Positions 10,519 through 22,059 of a stretch of DNA of 48,078 nt are shown piece after piece. Within the stretch, counting starts at the first letter, position 1. Every line of letters starts with the position of its first letter. This DNA is from Nemertoderma westbladi (lineage: Eukaryota; Animalia; Xenacoelomorpha). The notes beneath the pieces are model-generated. The model was not told where the DNA came from, ran no database searches, and saw nothing but the letters and a program-made list of their open reading frames with translations. The stretch is taken from the NCBI GenBank assembly GCA_032718475.1, contig JAUCBJ010001358.1, positions 1-48,078 on the forward strand. Reading direction: 5' to 3'. The translations under genes and the position numbers were made by a program.

Positions 10519-11008
10519 AAATGCAATGCATGACAATGTGCTCGTTGTAGAAATGTACCTGGACGATAAAGAATACATGGAGATGACAGAAAAGTTAATT
10601 TATTCGAGTTTTATGACAATGTTCCGTAAGTACTGTGGATTTTTCAACAATGTTTTATCAGTACTGTGGATTTTGTGTCAATGTATTGAACATATTTGAA
10701 GTATAAAGTATATTTTAAACTTACTAATTTAAATTCTAAGAATTGTTAAATTCTAACCCTCATTGGGTGGGGGCGTTAGCATTGGCTAAGAGTTGGGAGG
10801 AGTGATAATTGTATACCTAATTATTATTGTATTATATTGTTGTATTATAATAATTACATTATTGTAATTTATATTTACAGCTGATATTGGAGGATCGCTT
10901 GGACTATACCTCGGTGCAAGTGCTTTTACATTCTGTGAACTTATTGAATGTCTTGTCACACTGCTGCAAAGATTTGCTTACAGACTACATAAGAAATATA
11001 AAAAATAA
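10519..11008 (+). CDS. Last two exons (10519-10625, 10881-11008) of a DEG/ENaC (ASIC-like) amiloride-sensitive cation channel subunit
   Basis: tttag|...NVLVVEMYLDDKEYMEMTEKLIYSSFMTMF c|gtaagt ... ttacag|ct DIGGSLGLYLGASAFTFCELIECLVTLL...stop; matches ASIC NILVLDIFF..LNYE.IEQK.AY...GDIGGQMGLFIGAS.LT.LE with GAS filter. Confidence 0.9.
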
Positions 11009-11822
11009 ATTAATTTATGAACAAATCCCAGATTATATAGATTGATAATTATAATATATATATAGTATATATATATAGTATATAGTATATATATATATAT
11101 ATACACACACACACATATATATATATATATATGTTAGTTTTCACTAATTTTTGTTTGTTCCACTAAATTTTGTATTACTAAATGTTATACCAATGTTATA
11201 TTTTTTATCTATATTGTTGTACCTTGGTTTTACATTTGTATCAAGTCTATGTATAAATAATAATCTATATATATTATGTATAAAATCTGTCATCTGCTCT
11301 GCTCCCAGTCGTATTTGTTTCATATGCTGCTTCACTGCTTGTTGTTCAATTGATTGATTGGTCTACATTTCCATTGTTAAGCTTGCTGATTTATCATCTA
11401 TCTGTTACATTTTGGCTCATTTTTTTAATATAGTCTATGTATGATAAATTCTTCATTCAATTCATTGTTATTGTCTGCCGTATATTAGAATCACTGCATA
11501 TCATCTATTAGACTGGTTATTCGTATATATTAATAATGTACCTCGGAGCTAGGACTATTGTGTACTGCCCGTTCTAATCACATAATTGCTGTGTATGTCT
11601 CTGTCTATATATAAGGCCTACATATATATATATATATATATATATTTATTTATTTATTGACATATTAATCGCAACAATTAATTTAGTCCAACTAGAGTAG
11701 TTATCAAGCAAACTGTATATAATGACATTTTCAAATAATAGACCAATAAACCGATAATATAATAGGCGCGTAACTCCTAAATAATGATGTGGTTACATTA
11801 AATATAGCAATATCAAGTACAG

Positions 11823-13777
11823 TTAAAGCAAATCGAGTGCACAATTTAAGTCGGACAAAAAATTACACCGAGGCTTGATATCTGCACACATAAAAATCGG
11901 AAGACTCAAGAAATGAATTTCACTGGCATATTTTACTCGTAGTGGCTGAGACAAAGGACATGTCAGACCGATATGTTTTTCGTCCTGTATAGATTCATTA
12001 TCACATCTACAGGTTGTTCGTTGCTCGGGTGTTAACGTCAACCGTCAAGCAAGATATAGAATTATATATACCGTTCGCAAGATATAGAAAATCAAATGAG
12101 GTGCTTATATATTCGTGGTAACTCTATGATTAGAAAATTTAAATCGTGTAGCAGCCCGGTTAAAAGTATTTTATTTCACGCTGAAGTAGACACGTTTATA
12201 ATCCGGAATAAATATACGCGTATGTTTATTATCTCCCTATAGTATGGGAGATAGTACTCCTATAGTACAAGAGACGGTATTCCTATAGTATGGGAGACGG
12301 TATTCGAATATACGCTGTGGAGGGATACCTCCGGATTAATCCCTAAGTACGTTACAAATTTAGTTTGTTTCCGAGACCGTGCGACAATTTCAGCCTACTG
12401 GCTGGCAGAATATTTTCGTCGCCTTTTAATGATTTATCTATGGCCATGAAACCTAGTGTATTACTACTTTTGGCCAGTTGGAAAGCGAAAAATATGGGGT
12501 CTTCCTCTTTCCAGGATTTTAAACAGCGCACGAAAAAACATTTCTTTCTATGTTTAATAACTGCATTAATATCAGCTAGGCCCAACTCTGCCAGACATAG
12601 TAGTTTAGGTGTAGTTACTCGTACGTTTAGTAAAGTCTTTACGAGTCGTACATATGTAGTCTCAATGGCTTTACATGCTGAGATACTAAACCACGCTTTG
12701 CACGAGTACAATAGGGAGGCTGTCACTGCGCTGTGGAATACCGCCTTTTTTAAATGAAATGGCATATTACTATTTGCGGCGCAAAACACCGCAAATTTGT
12801 TCACATTCTTCTGACATTGTTCCAAGTGGCAGTTAACAGTTAGAAAGTTTCCCGTCTTGTGTAATATAAGCTCCTAGGTAGACATAAATATCGGTATTAC
12901 AAACTACCACATTTCCTAACTTAAAATCGCCTTGATCAATAGGATTACCATTAATAACTATAAACTTTGTTTTTTTCTCGTTTATTACTTTACCATAAAT
13001 CGAACAAAATCGTCCTAATACATATAGCTTTTTTCAAACATTTCATGCAAGGTTGCGATGATAGCTGTATCATCCATAAGTAGGAGGGCGTGTAATGCAC
13101 ATTAATATCCATCTAAACTGACAAATCTCAACATATGTATCAGAGGGTCAATGAAAAATGTAAAAAGAAAACCACTGGATGGCGCACCCTGTCTGAGACC
13201 CAAGTTGGTTAGTATATCTAGAGAGTTAAGATGTAAGTAAGTCGTTCTGTATAAAGTGCAGATCGCGTTAAGCATTTTCTTGCCACAACCCATCTCTAAT
13301 AAACGCACTAATAATTTAAACCTTGGTACTCTATCGTATGCCTTATTGAAATCAACAAATGTTATAAATAACTTTTGTTTTTGTGACATGGCATAATCAA
13401 TTTAATAAACGGAGAGTTAAAATTTGTTCTATGCATGAACGGCCCTTCTGGCCACCGGCCTGGGCCCTGTCTGGTGCAGCCCAGTGCGACAACCGCTTAC
13501 CCAAAATACAATCATATATCTTAGCCAGTGAGTCTACGATTGAAATCTCCCTGTAGTTATCACAATTACTAACTTCGACTCGTTTAAATAATACACAAAG
13601 TTTACTGTACATCCATACTGTAGGTATCGCAGCACTATCCAAAACACAATTAAATATTACTGCAATTATAATAATTATATTAAATGGTAAAACCTTTAAT
13701 AGGTTAGGGGCGATACCAGAAGCACTTTAATTAGCCTTGAGTTCGTGTAACGCTTCGTCAACTTCGGTGGCGGTAAT
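11823..13777 (-). mobile_element. Decayed RTEX-like LINE, 3' part (RT and C-terminal CCHC finger)
   Basis: CDNYREIS, QAGGQKGRSCIEQILTLRLL, FVDFNKAYDRV, GLRQGAPSS, LLMDDT, YLG, C-terminal CRCD...DEKH...CP; several stops/frameshifts. Confidence 0.85.
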
Positions 13778-13941
13778 TGATAATACTAAATACTGCTATA
13801 TTATACCACAACGCTTATTTATTACCAACAAACACTTTCACGCAATACAATCCAGGATATATTAAAACTAACTATTCTAGAACTTGTTCGTTGCACACGT
13901 TACTACAATTACACATTTTACACATATCATAGATATTAACA
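13778..13941 (-). repeat. 3' LTR
   Basis: Direct repeat of 18748-18911. Confidence 0.96.
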
Positions 13942-14138
13942 TTAATACAAATACTTTTTTTTTTTAGTCCTTCTTTATCCTAAATATATGTAGATTTGCA
14001 TCCTAGAGATTCAATCATAGATTAGTATAAATTATGTTTTTTTGTTGTTGTTGTTCTAAATATCAATCACATGTCGTGGGTAATGATGTGTGCTATACTC
14101 CAATGGTTTAAAACATAGTCTACTGACGAATCGTTACA

Positions 14139-17100
14139 TTATCGTAGAAAGTCAATTCGACCATGTTGTATACTCTCCAGGAGATGAAATCCGGATGCTC
14201 CTTTTTTAGTCAAACAATCTGCTATTTGCATGGAACCTGGGCACCAACGCACATATTCAACTTCACCCTTCTCTAGGGATTGTTTTATAGCCCCAATATC
14301 GATTCGTAGTCGCTTGTCATCAACCAATTTCGTTGAGTGAATGGCTTCAACGACACTCTTGTTGTCGACATACGCGCGGATGGGTATCTTTAAAGAATCA
14401 CCGTCACCAATTATTTCTCTAATGACACCTCTTGTGTATATCGATTGCTCTAGACCTTCTTGAAGACTTAACGCCTCTGCAGCTATCGTAGACCGGACAA
14501 CGCGTTTAATCTTGCAAACATTCCAAGAAAGACGACAGGAGCGATTATCTATGCCAACTAGATACAGAACAAATGCCATAGTACTGCTCATTCCGTCTGC
14601 TAGATTAGCTAATGAAGCATCAGTAAATACAATTAGATACCAATTGATTGGGTTACCTAAGTTTGGGAACACAATGAAAGCATTTCTATCTTTGACATTT
14701 AGCAAAATTTTTCTGATTCGCAATAAGTGTTCCATTCGAGCATCCCTGAAGTGTGTGCTAAGATCTATTAGCTCAAAGGACCAGTCTGGGCGAGACCCTT
14801 GCACGAGCCAATTAAGTTTACCAACTAGAGATCGGTACATGGTAAGGTCAGATGGGCCTAAATTTTCATTTTTTGTTGACTTGCTCAAGGATAATGGTAT
14901 GTCTTTTATCTCAATATTCTTTAAGTATGATTCCTGGTTTAAAATTATCTCATTAGGAAGCTGACATAATTCAAAACCAACGTAAGTGAATTTATGAGCT
15001 TCTTCCTTTCCCGCAAGAAATCTATTGGTGAGATTCTGTATAACTTTTAACTCGAAGTTTTGATTTCCGGCATGCAGGAAATCGTCAATGTGTGAGACTA
15101 GAATACCGCAAAGATTGCCATCCTCTCTAAAATAAAATATAGCAGGGTCTAATGGAGATTGGCTGCAACCGAGGGTCAACATCTCTTCTACCACACTATT
15201 GTAGAACTGACGAGCTGCGTCATTCAAACCATACAAGCACTTATTTAAATGCCAAATATATCCCGATGGCGCATCAGCCTCCTGGGGTGGATTGAGGAAG
15301 ACATCATGTACTAGGGATTCACCTTGGAGAAAGGCAGATTTTATGTCAGTTGTTTTTAGAACCCATTTTTTACTGGAAACGATAGCCAAAAATGTGCGAA
15401 GTGTACATTTTGCAACTGTAGGAGAGTCTGTAGCTACCTCAATTTGCTTTTCAAATCCTCTGGCAACTAGACGAGCACGAATCTCTCGATAAGTCGATAT
15501 GCATGGTTGTCCGTTGAAAGGTAGCTCTTGATAGACTTCAAAATCTCTCAATTTTTGTAGCTCCACTAATTTTGCTTGTTGGCACTCAGGGGAAGACTGC
15601 TCTTTTCTGGGAATGAGAACTAAATTTACTTCATTAGTCGCATCACCTTGGATCCAAGGGTTAGAACCAAAGTCGATGCTCCTCTGAACTCCATTAGACT
15701 CCTCCACGTTAAACCAATCCCTATACTTTCCTGATGCTATACCAGCACGACCCATAACAGTCGCTGTAAGCCATTGCTGTGTGTCATGATCAAGAAATTT
15801 AATACATTGTGCTGAATGTGGCAAGGAGTTCACGTTATTTGTGGATTTTTGTTTGGACTTTAGATTGTCTGAGTTATTGTCTACATTTGTGTCTTTGTTA
15901 GATGGCACAATTGTCGAGATCATTTCCTGATTGTTGATTCCAGTTGAAGTGGTTGGTACAGTATGCTTTAATACTGGTGTCAGAGCTGCTGTATTTCTTA
16001 TTTTTCTACAATTGTTATCCACAAGTTTGGAAACTGCCTCTGGCTTGAACTCATCAGGAACTTGAACTGCGGGAATTTGTTCAAGTGAATTGATAGCAAT
16101 GAGACGATTAGGAGAAAGACGAATGAATACACCTCCGTGACGCACGAACACCACCTTGCCATCCTGAAAAACCACTTTGGCAGGGCCCAGCCATCTATCT
16201 TTACTATCATGTTTATAATAAACAAGATCGCCATTCTGAAAAGTCTGTTCTGATGCTCGTACTTTATGTCTCAAAGCTATACGAATACGCTCATCAGCTT
16301 CAGATTGTACAAAAGCTTCTCTAGTTGCATGAAGGGCGTTCAAATGGTTAGCAAATGCTTTACTTGTGGTTGAACCTTCCAGTGCTGGGGGATTTGAAGT
16401 CATAGTACATGGTAATTTAGGATTTTTGCCGAACACAAGTTGATGACTGCTGAAACCGTTCCACATCTGGAGAGAGTTTTTAGCCATATTTGCCCAAGGC
16501 AATAAGATATGTTCTGAGATCTGAGGATTATCCTCTTTAAGTTTACTGAGCATACGGTCTGTAATAGAATGATTTCGCTCACATAACCCATTTTGATAAG
16601 GTGCTTGAGCAGCTGTGGTATGTAAATTTACATTTAATATTGAAGCTACTTCCCGTATTTCATCTGAGTTGAATTCCCCACCATTATCACTCATTATACC
16701 GCCCATAATACCGAAAATGGAAAGCCAGTTAGTCATCATTTTATCAACAATGACACAAGGTAATTTACTTGAAACGAAGACGGATACAGTATAGCGAGAC
16801 CATACGTCTACCATATGGAGTATCCACTGTTTTTCCCAAACCTTAAGATTGATAGCAACAACTTGATTAAATTCACTTGCCATTGGTAGTCCAACAATGG
16901 GAATCGGTGGAGATTTTTTGAATCGCTTACAAACTTCACAATGTTCTACAATATCGTCAACTATAGGTTTACAACTATCTTGCCATACCTTAGCATCTTT
17001 TAGGAGATTTATCAGTTTTTTGGCTGATGGATGAGCAAATTGACGGTGTAATTTCAGAATAGTTTGATGAAGGTGCTTGTCATCCATTGCAGTAAAGTTA

Positions 17101-18593
17101 ACTGCACGGATGTAATCTTCTGGGATATCTTTCATAATTGGAATACAGTAATGTCCAGTTGATGTAGTATTTAAAGATATGCGTCTGCCAAAAACTGTGG
17201 CTTCATCAGAATTCAAGTCCAAAGTCATTTGAGCACGCTTCATAGATTCCCTGGAAAGGAGTAGTGGAATATCGGATTCTACAACATCTGTTCGAATTTG
17301 AACATCCCGCCCGGCTATAAAAGCTGGAATTAAACATTCAGAAATTGATTTCAGCTTGGTGCCACCACCAATTTTGAATATTTTGTGACCCTCATTCAAT
17401 TGAATTTTGGATCTGTAAGTATTGCATAAACTAGAAATGTAGTTGTTGATCCAATCCTTTCCACATACAGTGCTGGTACAGGCGCTATCCAATACAGCAC
17501 AATTGGAAGCTTCAACGCCAAGTTGATAAATCTCAGTGGATGATGAGGTCGTAGTGAACACACTTAGCAGAACATCTTCACAATCATACTCCTCCAATAT
17601 TTCCGATGGGGTCGTCTTTTCAGACAGGTTTAGTTCTGCAGGCATCATAGAATCGTGAAATTTGTGATCATTATTAGTGTAGTGGACTTTCTCCAGATTT
17701 TCCCAACTATCAGGACAATCTCTTAAAAGATGTCGAAATGAACCACAGCAGCGACAAGTAAGAGGTTTTCCATCAGTACCAGCGGGATTCACTTTCCTGT
17801 CTTGGGCTCGAACTGCACTAATTCGGTGACCTGAACAGCCCAAATTACCAGCATCTTTCTTATAACTGGGAGGAACATACCGCCTTGTGGAATCAAAATG
17901 TCCAACGTCCCTCCGAACTCTACCACCACCACGTTGCCAATTAGGGCTACTCCTAGAGGAATGATAGTAACCAGCAGCCGCTAGTGCCTCTTCATTTTGG
18001 GCAAGAAAGGTTGGTTCAAGTTTAATGGCCGCACTTTGTAATCCGGATGTTCCCTTGATAATGAATTTTTTTAAAGACTTTTGTGCTTGATCATATAATG
18101 TCACCTTCTGAGAATAATCCATTCCGGTGAGTACTAACACTTTTTCTTCTTTAGAAATGGCAGATCTCCTTAATAATTTAAAGGCCAAAATTTCTGGAGG
18201 GAGACTCATACCAAGTCTCTTTATTCGCTGATATTTCTGATCAAACATTGAAACATATTCTGATATATTGCAGATCTCGTCTCGATGGAAATCTTCGAAG
18301 TCCTCAAACTTTTCGAGACAATCTTCTAAATCGTCTTTACCTAACTTCTCATCTAGGTACTTTATAAGTTCACCTAGTCCATCCTCGCCCTTTAAATCTT
18401 CAATGGAAATCTCATCGAATACTTTCTCTCTAATCTTAGAATCCCCTTCCTCTGGAAGGGATAATGCAATAGCTATACCCTGTTTAGATTTAGGAAGATC
18501 AGTTATTTCTCGCCAAGCTAATAGTTCTCGTTTATAACGCTCATAACTCTTTGAGTCTTTCTTAAACTCAGGTGGATTCAATCTTAACGCCAT
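14139..18593 (-). CDS. Copia-type Gag-Pol polyprotein (1484 aa)
   Basis: CX2CX4HX4C knuckle (CRCCGSFRHLLRDC), protease LDSAC, integrase HHCC + SDNGGEF...NGLCER, RT RARLVARGF/DIKSAFLQ/LYGL/HIDDF, RNase H TDAS...AEA...DNKS...IADCLTK. Confidence 0.96.
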   Translation of the reverse strand: MALRLNPPEFKKDSKSYERYKRELLAWREITDLPKSKQGIAIALSLPEEGDSKIREKVFDEISIEDLKGEDGLGELIKYLDEKLGKDDLEDCLEKFEDFEDFHRDEICNISEYVSMFDQKYQRIKRLGMSLPPEILAFKLLRRSAISKEEKVLVLTGMDYSQKVTLYDQAQKSLKKFIIKGTSGLQSAAIKLEPTFLAQNEEALAAAGYYHSSRSSPNWQRGGGRVRRDVGHFDSTRRYVPPSYKKDAGNLGCSGHRISAVRAQDRKVNPAGTDGKPLTCRCCGSFRHLLRDCPDSWENLEKVHYTNNDHKFHDSMMPAELNLSEKTTPSEILEEYDCEDVLLSVFTTTSSSTEIYQLGVEASNCAVLDSACTSTVCGKDWINNYISSLCNTYRSKIQLNEGHKIFKIGGGTKLKSISECLIPAFIAGRDVQIRTDVVESDIPLLLSRESMKRAQMTLDLNSDEATVFGRRISLNTTSTGHYCIPIMKDIPEDYIRAVNFTAMDDKHLHQTILKLHRQFAHPSAKKLINLLKDAKVWQDSCKPIVDDIVEHCEVCKRFKKSPPIPIVGLPMASEFNQVVAINLKVWEKQWILHMVDVWSRYTVSVFVSSKLPCVIVDKMMTNWLSIFGIMGGIMSDNGGEFNSDEIREVASILNVNLHTTAAQAPYQNGLCERNHSITDRMLSKLKEDNPQISEHILLPWANMAKNSLQMWNGFSSHQLVFGKNPKLPCTMTSNPPALEGSTTSKAFANHLNALHATREAFVQSEADERIRIALRHKVRASEQTFQNGDLVYYKHDSKDRWLGPAKVVFQDGKVVFVRHGGVFIRLSPNRLIAINSLEQIPAVQVPDEFKPEAVSKLVDNNCRKIRNTAALTPVLKHTVPTTSTGINNQEMISTIVPSNKDTNVDNNSDNLKSKQKSTNNVNSLPHSAQCIKFLDHDTQQWLTATVMGRAGIASGKYRDWFNVEESNGVQRSIDFGSNPWIQGDATNEVNLVLIPRKEQSSPECQQAKLVELQKLRDFEVYQELPFNGQPCISTYREIRARLVARGFEKQIEVATDSPTVAKCTLRTFLAIVSSKKWVLKTTDIKSAFLQGESLVHDVFLNPPQEADAPSGYIWHLNKCLYGLNDAARQFYNSVVEEMLTLGCSQSPLDPAIFYFREDGNLCGILVSHIDDFLHAGNQNFELKVIQNLTNRFLAGKEEAHKFTYVGFELCQLPNEIILNQESYLKNIEIKDIPLSLSKSTKNENLGPSDLTMYRSLVGKLNWLVQGSRPDWSFELIDLSTHFRDARMEHLLRIRKILLNVKDRNAFIVFPNLGNPINWYLIVFTDASLANLADGMSSTMAFVLYLVGIDNRSCRLSWNVCKIKRVVRSTIAAEALSLQEGLEQSIYTRGVIREIIGDGDSLKIPIRAYVDNKSVVEAIHSTKLVDDKRLRIDIGAIKQSLEKGEVEYVRWCPGSMQIADCLTKKGASGFHLLESIQHGRIDFLR

Positions 18594-18732
18594 CTCAACA
18601 TGTATTTTTTTTTACATACCAACACGATAGTAAATTTCACAATGCCTCCACGCTACGCAATACTGAGTGAGAATTTACGCAATACACTATCTTTTTTTTT
18701 AACGCTAAAAAGAGGGATTAAGATTGGTCGGT

Positions 18733-18746
18733 ACGCTCTGCTACCA
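18733..18746 (-). promoter_or_regulatory. Primer binding site complementary to initiator tRNA-Met 3' end
   Basis: TGGTAGCAGAGCGT begins 1 nt inside the 5' LTR boundary. Confidence 0.9.
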
Positions 18747-18747
18747 T

Positions 18748-18911
18748 TGTTAATACTAAATACTGCTATATTATACCACAACGCTTATTTATTACCAACA
18801 AACACTTTCACGCAATACAATCCAGGATATATTAAAACTAACTATTCTAGAACTTGTTCGTTGCACACGTTACTACAATTATACATTTTACACATATCAT
18901 AGATATTAACA
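18748..18911 (-). repeat. 5' LTR
   Basis: Direct repeat of 13778-13941; followed by PBS on minus strand. Confidence 0.96.
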
Positions 18912-19190
18912 GTAATGAGGTCGTCCAGGATGGGTATATACGGTGCGCTTGACACATCAATTCAATCGATAAGACCATCCTCCGATTCGTCAAACACAAC
19001 GACTGAAAATGTTCCTTAAAGGTCTCGTCATCGGGTTTCCCAGCTGATCTCGATCGAATCTGTCCATTCCACCCGATCGCCTTCCAAATAGTTTTAGCAT
19101 CGTTTCCTTTTAACAGCCGTTTCCACTTGGCATAACCAGAGTTTTGTGGGTATTCCAACATGGGGCTCCTTTCAGTGGACCCCAGCGCCT
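18912..19190 (-). mobile_element. Upstream part of the RTEX-like LINE split by the copia insertion
   Basis: DAKTIWKAIGWNG...FKEHFQSL; removing the LTR element rejoins APYIPILDDLI|TATEVDEAL in frame. Confidence 0.85.
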
Positions 19191-19375
19191 ATATCGCGGC
19201 AACGAATGTATCAGTATACCATACTGATACCATACTGATCAGTATCAGGTTTACATACCTCTCAATTTTATCTATTGTCTATTTTTATTACTTCCTAAAG
19301 CGAAAGTGAAAGAATTATATACCATTAACTTCCACTGCACTGTACACTACAGTAATTATAAGTTCTCATGTCTCT

Positions 19376-20567
19376 ACTACTGTCTGACTGACTGGTATTT
19401 GTGAAGGCCTAATACTGTCTGACTGACTGTTATTTGTGTAGGCCTCATACTGTCTGAAAGACTGGTATTTGTGTAGGCCTAATACTGTCTGACTTACTGG
19501 TATTTGTGTAGGCCTAATACTGTCTGACTGACTGGTATTTGTGTAGGCCTAATACTGTCTGACTGACTGGTATTTGTGTAGACCTAATACTGTCTGACTG
19601 ACTGGTATTTGTGAAGGCCTAATACGGTCTGACTGACTGGTATTTGTGTAGGCCTAATACTGTCTGTGTGAAGATCTGGGATTTACACTTCAAGAACGCA
19701 GAAGTAGTAGATATCCGGCAACTACAGTCACAGACACCGACTTCGCGGATGACATCGCCCTGCTCTCTAATACGCTAGCAGATGCAAAGCTTCTACCAAA
19801 TAATGTGGAGAGGGCTGCTAAGGAGGTTGGATTGCATATAAATGCTACCAAGACCGAATTCATGACTTTTAATGTTGATGGATGCTTGACAACCATTGAT
19901 AATAATCAACTAAGGAAGGTGGACGACTTCCAGTACCTAGGATCATGGATAGAGAGTAGCAAAAAGGACATAGAACTGTTAGGAAAGCAAAGGCTTGGGT
20001 AGCTCTATCAAAAATGGATACCATCTGGAAATCAGATCTCTCCAGGCACCTGAAGACTAAGTTCTTTCGGGCCACAGTGGAAAGTGTACATACGGGGGTG
20101 AGACCTGGACACTAATGAAATCACTTGAACTCCGAATTGATGGTTGCTACATAAGACTAATAAGGGCAGTGCTATAAACATCATCAGCTGGAGACCACAC
20201 ATGACAAATGCCGAGCTTTATGGTACAATACCACCTGTATCAACCACCCTCCGTGAATGCAGATTAAGATTCAGTGGGCACTGCTGGCGAAGTAAAGACG
20301 AGGTCATACCAGATCTAGGTAACCAACTCATGGAAAGCGTAGTCGCGGACGACCAGCCATAACATATATAGATCAACTTGAAAGGGATACTGAACTTGGG
20401 AGAAACGAAATTGCGACAACTATGGAGAATCGGAAAGCCTGGAAGGATCTCATTTCCACTGTCCAAGTTCACTCGACTTAGTAGTAGTAGTAGTAGTAAT
20501 ACTGTCTGACTGACTGGTATTTGTGTAGGCCTAATACTGTCTGACTGACTGGTATTTGTGTAGGCCT
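19376..20567. repeat. 35-bp minisatellite (aatactgtctgactgactggtatttgtgtaggcct), about 8 + 2 copies, split by an RTE insertion
   Basis: Period 35 at 19411/19481/19551/19621; resumes at 20497. Confidence 0.93.
19668..20496 (+). mobile_element. 5'-truncated copy of RTE family 1
   Basis: High identity to reverse complement of 788-1616; (TAG)6 tail; flanked by taatactgtctg (19655-66, 20497-508), consistent with a TSD. Confidence 0.95.
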
Positions 20568-20700
20568 AAAATGATGCAAACGATTTTTCTACTAGTGGTA
20601 CCTCTAACCCTCCATTAACTGCAGTGCGAAATTTGCGTAATGCCATAACGGCTTTAGCTAATGGATCGATTGACGAGAGTTCGTCAGATAACACTGACAA

Positions 20701-21145
20701 TATGGGTACTGGTAGCATATTCCCAATCCTTACACCAGTAGGAACACATCATGAATTGGTGCTTGGGATTGGTTAATAAACTATTATTTGATTGGACATT
20801 GAAATCATGTAAGGAATATCCATTGCTCTCAAACACACTTCAGCCAATTATTAGACGTCGGTGTGCAAATCAACGATAATTTGTCATTGATTGCTTATTA
20901 GTTGTAACCCATAATCAATGCTCTACTGTGCCATTCAGCTGTATTGATTTCTACCTACTTCTAATCTGCTTTCTACCTACCAACTGAGTATAAACTCCTT
21001 ACACTAGTTCGATCCCCTCTCTCCATTCCTTACATGATTTCAACGTCCAATCAAAATATAGCTCATTAACCAATCCCAAGCGTCAATTCAAGATGTGTTC
21101 CTACTAGTGTAAGTATTGGGAATACGCGTACCGGTATTAGCATAG
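20701..21145. mobile_element. MITE-like element with about 115-bp imperfect inverted repeats
   Basis: tattcccaatccttacaccagtaggaacacatc...aaatcatgtaaggaat (to 20818) mirrored by attccttacatgattt...gatgtgttcctactagtgtaagtattgggaata (from 21025). Confidence 0.75.
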
Positions 21146-22059
21146 GGAGGGGAAGAGGGAGAGGGAGGCGTAATATTATATTATCGAGGTCGGGGTCGGG
21201 GGACAGTAGGACGACCACGACCACCTTATACAATGAGGAGGGCAAGGTTTAAACTTAAAGTTGGTGGAAGCATTATTAGAAGTACTCTTCGAGATAAATC
21301 AACATCTGTATTTGCTATAGAATACTGTACACAATTGCATACGATGGGGTTGTAGCAGTCCTAGTAAAAAGCAAATACTTTCCCTATGAAATTTCTCCGG
21401 CCTTGGGAATTTGCAATTGTTTAGAAATTTTCGTATTGAAATAGTTTTGGATAAATCATAGAACAGCTCTATTCAGCTTCAATGAACCATTTTAACTTGG
21501 AAGCCTATTTTAAGGCTGTTTGAGTTTCTGGCACTATGCAGTTATATTTTTGCGTCAATGCTATACAATCTGCTCCTCCTATGAGACTCGGTCCCATACC
21601 AATAGTGACTTCCTCAGCTGCGATTTATAGTAGCTTGGAAACAACCGTGCCTTCTAGTACTTTGGAAACACCCGTGCCATCTAGTCCAACGCCTACTGCT
21701 ACTCTGAGTAATGTCATATTCAAAGACGTTCCTTCACCAATAGATGACGAACTCTTCCTGAAGAAACAGTTCAAATAGAAGCAGATAAAACTCTTACATT
21801 TGAAGTTAACGTTCCTGGAGTGGAAGAAAAAGAACCTCAACATCAAACCATGGCAGATACCCATAGGAGATGTGGCAGCAGTGCTTCTGATTCTCAAATG
21901 TCTTTCTGTGTACACCACCCACGGGAAATGGCTTTGCCAGTCAGATATGTGCAATCAATTGGCGAACCAATTGATGGCACAAGCCTCAATATTCTAGCAA
22001 CAGATGTAGAAGAAAGCCTAATGTGTGTTTTACTTGACTAGTGTACAGAATATCTGCTG

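Larger units (their letters stand above)
13778..18911 (-). mobile_element. Ty1/copia LTR retrotransposon, GalEa-type, full length
   Basis: 164-bp LTRs 13778-13941 and 18748-18911 (TG...CA, 2 mismatches), 5-bp TSD GTAAT (13773-77, 18912-16), PBS TGGTAGCAGAGCGT, single ORF with order gag-PR-IN-RT-RH. Confidence 0.96.

Noticed and set aside
18600-18902. 100-aa plus-strand ORF and other antisense ORFs over retroelements
   Set aside because: Overlap LTR/UTR or are shadows of the opposite-strand pol genes; no motifs.
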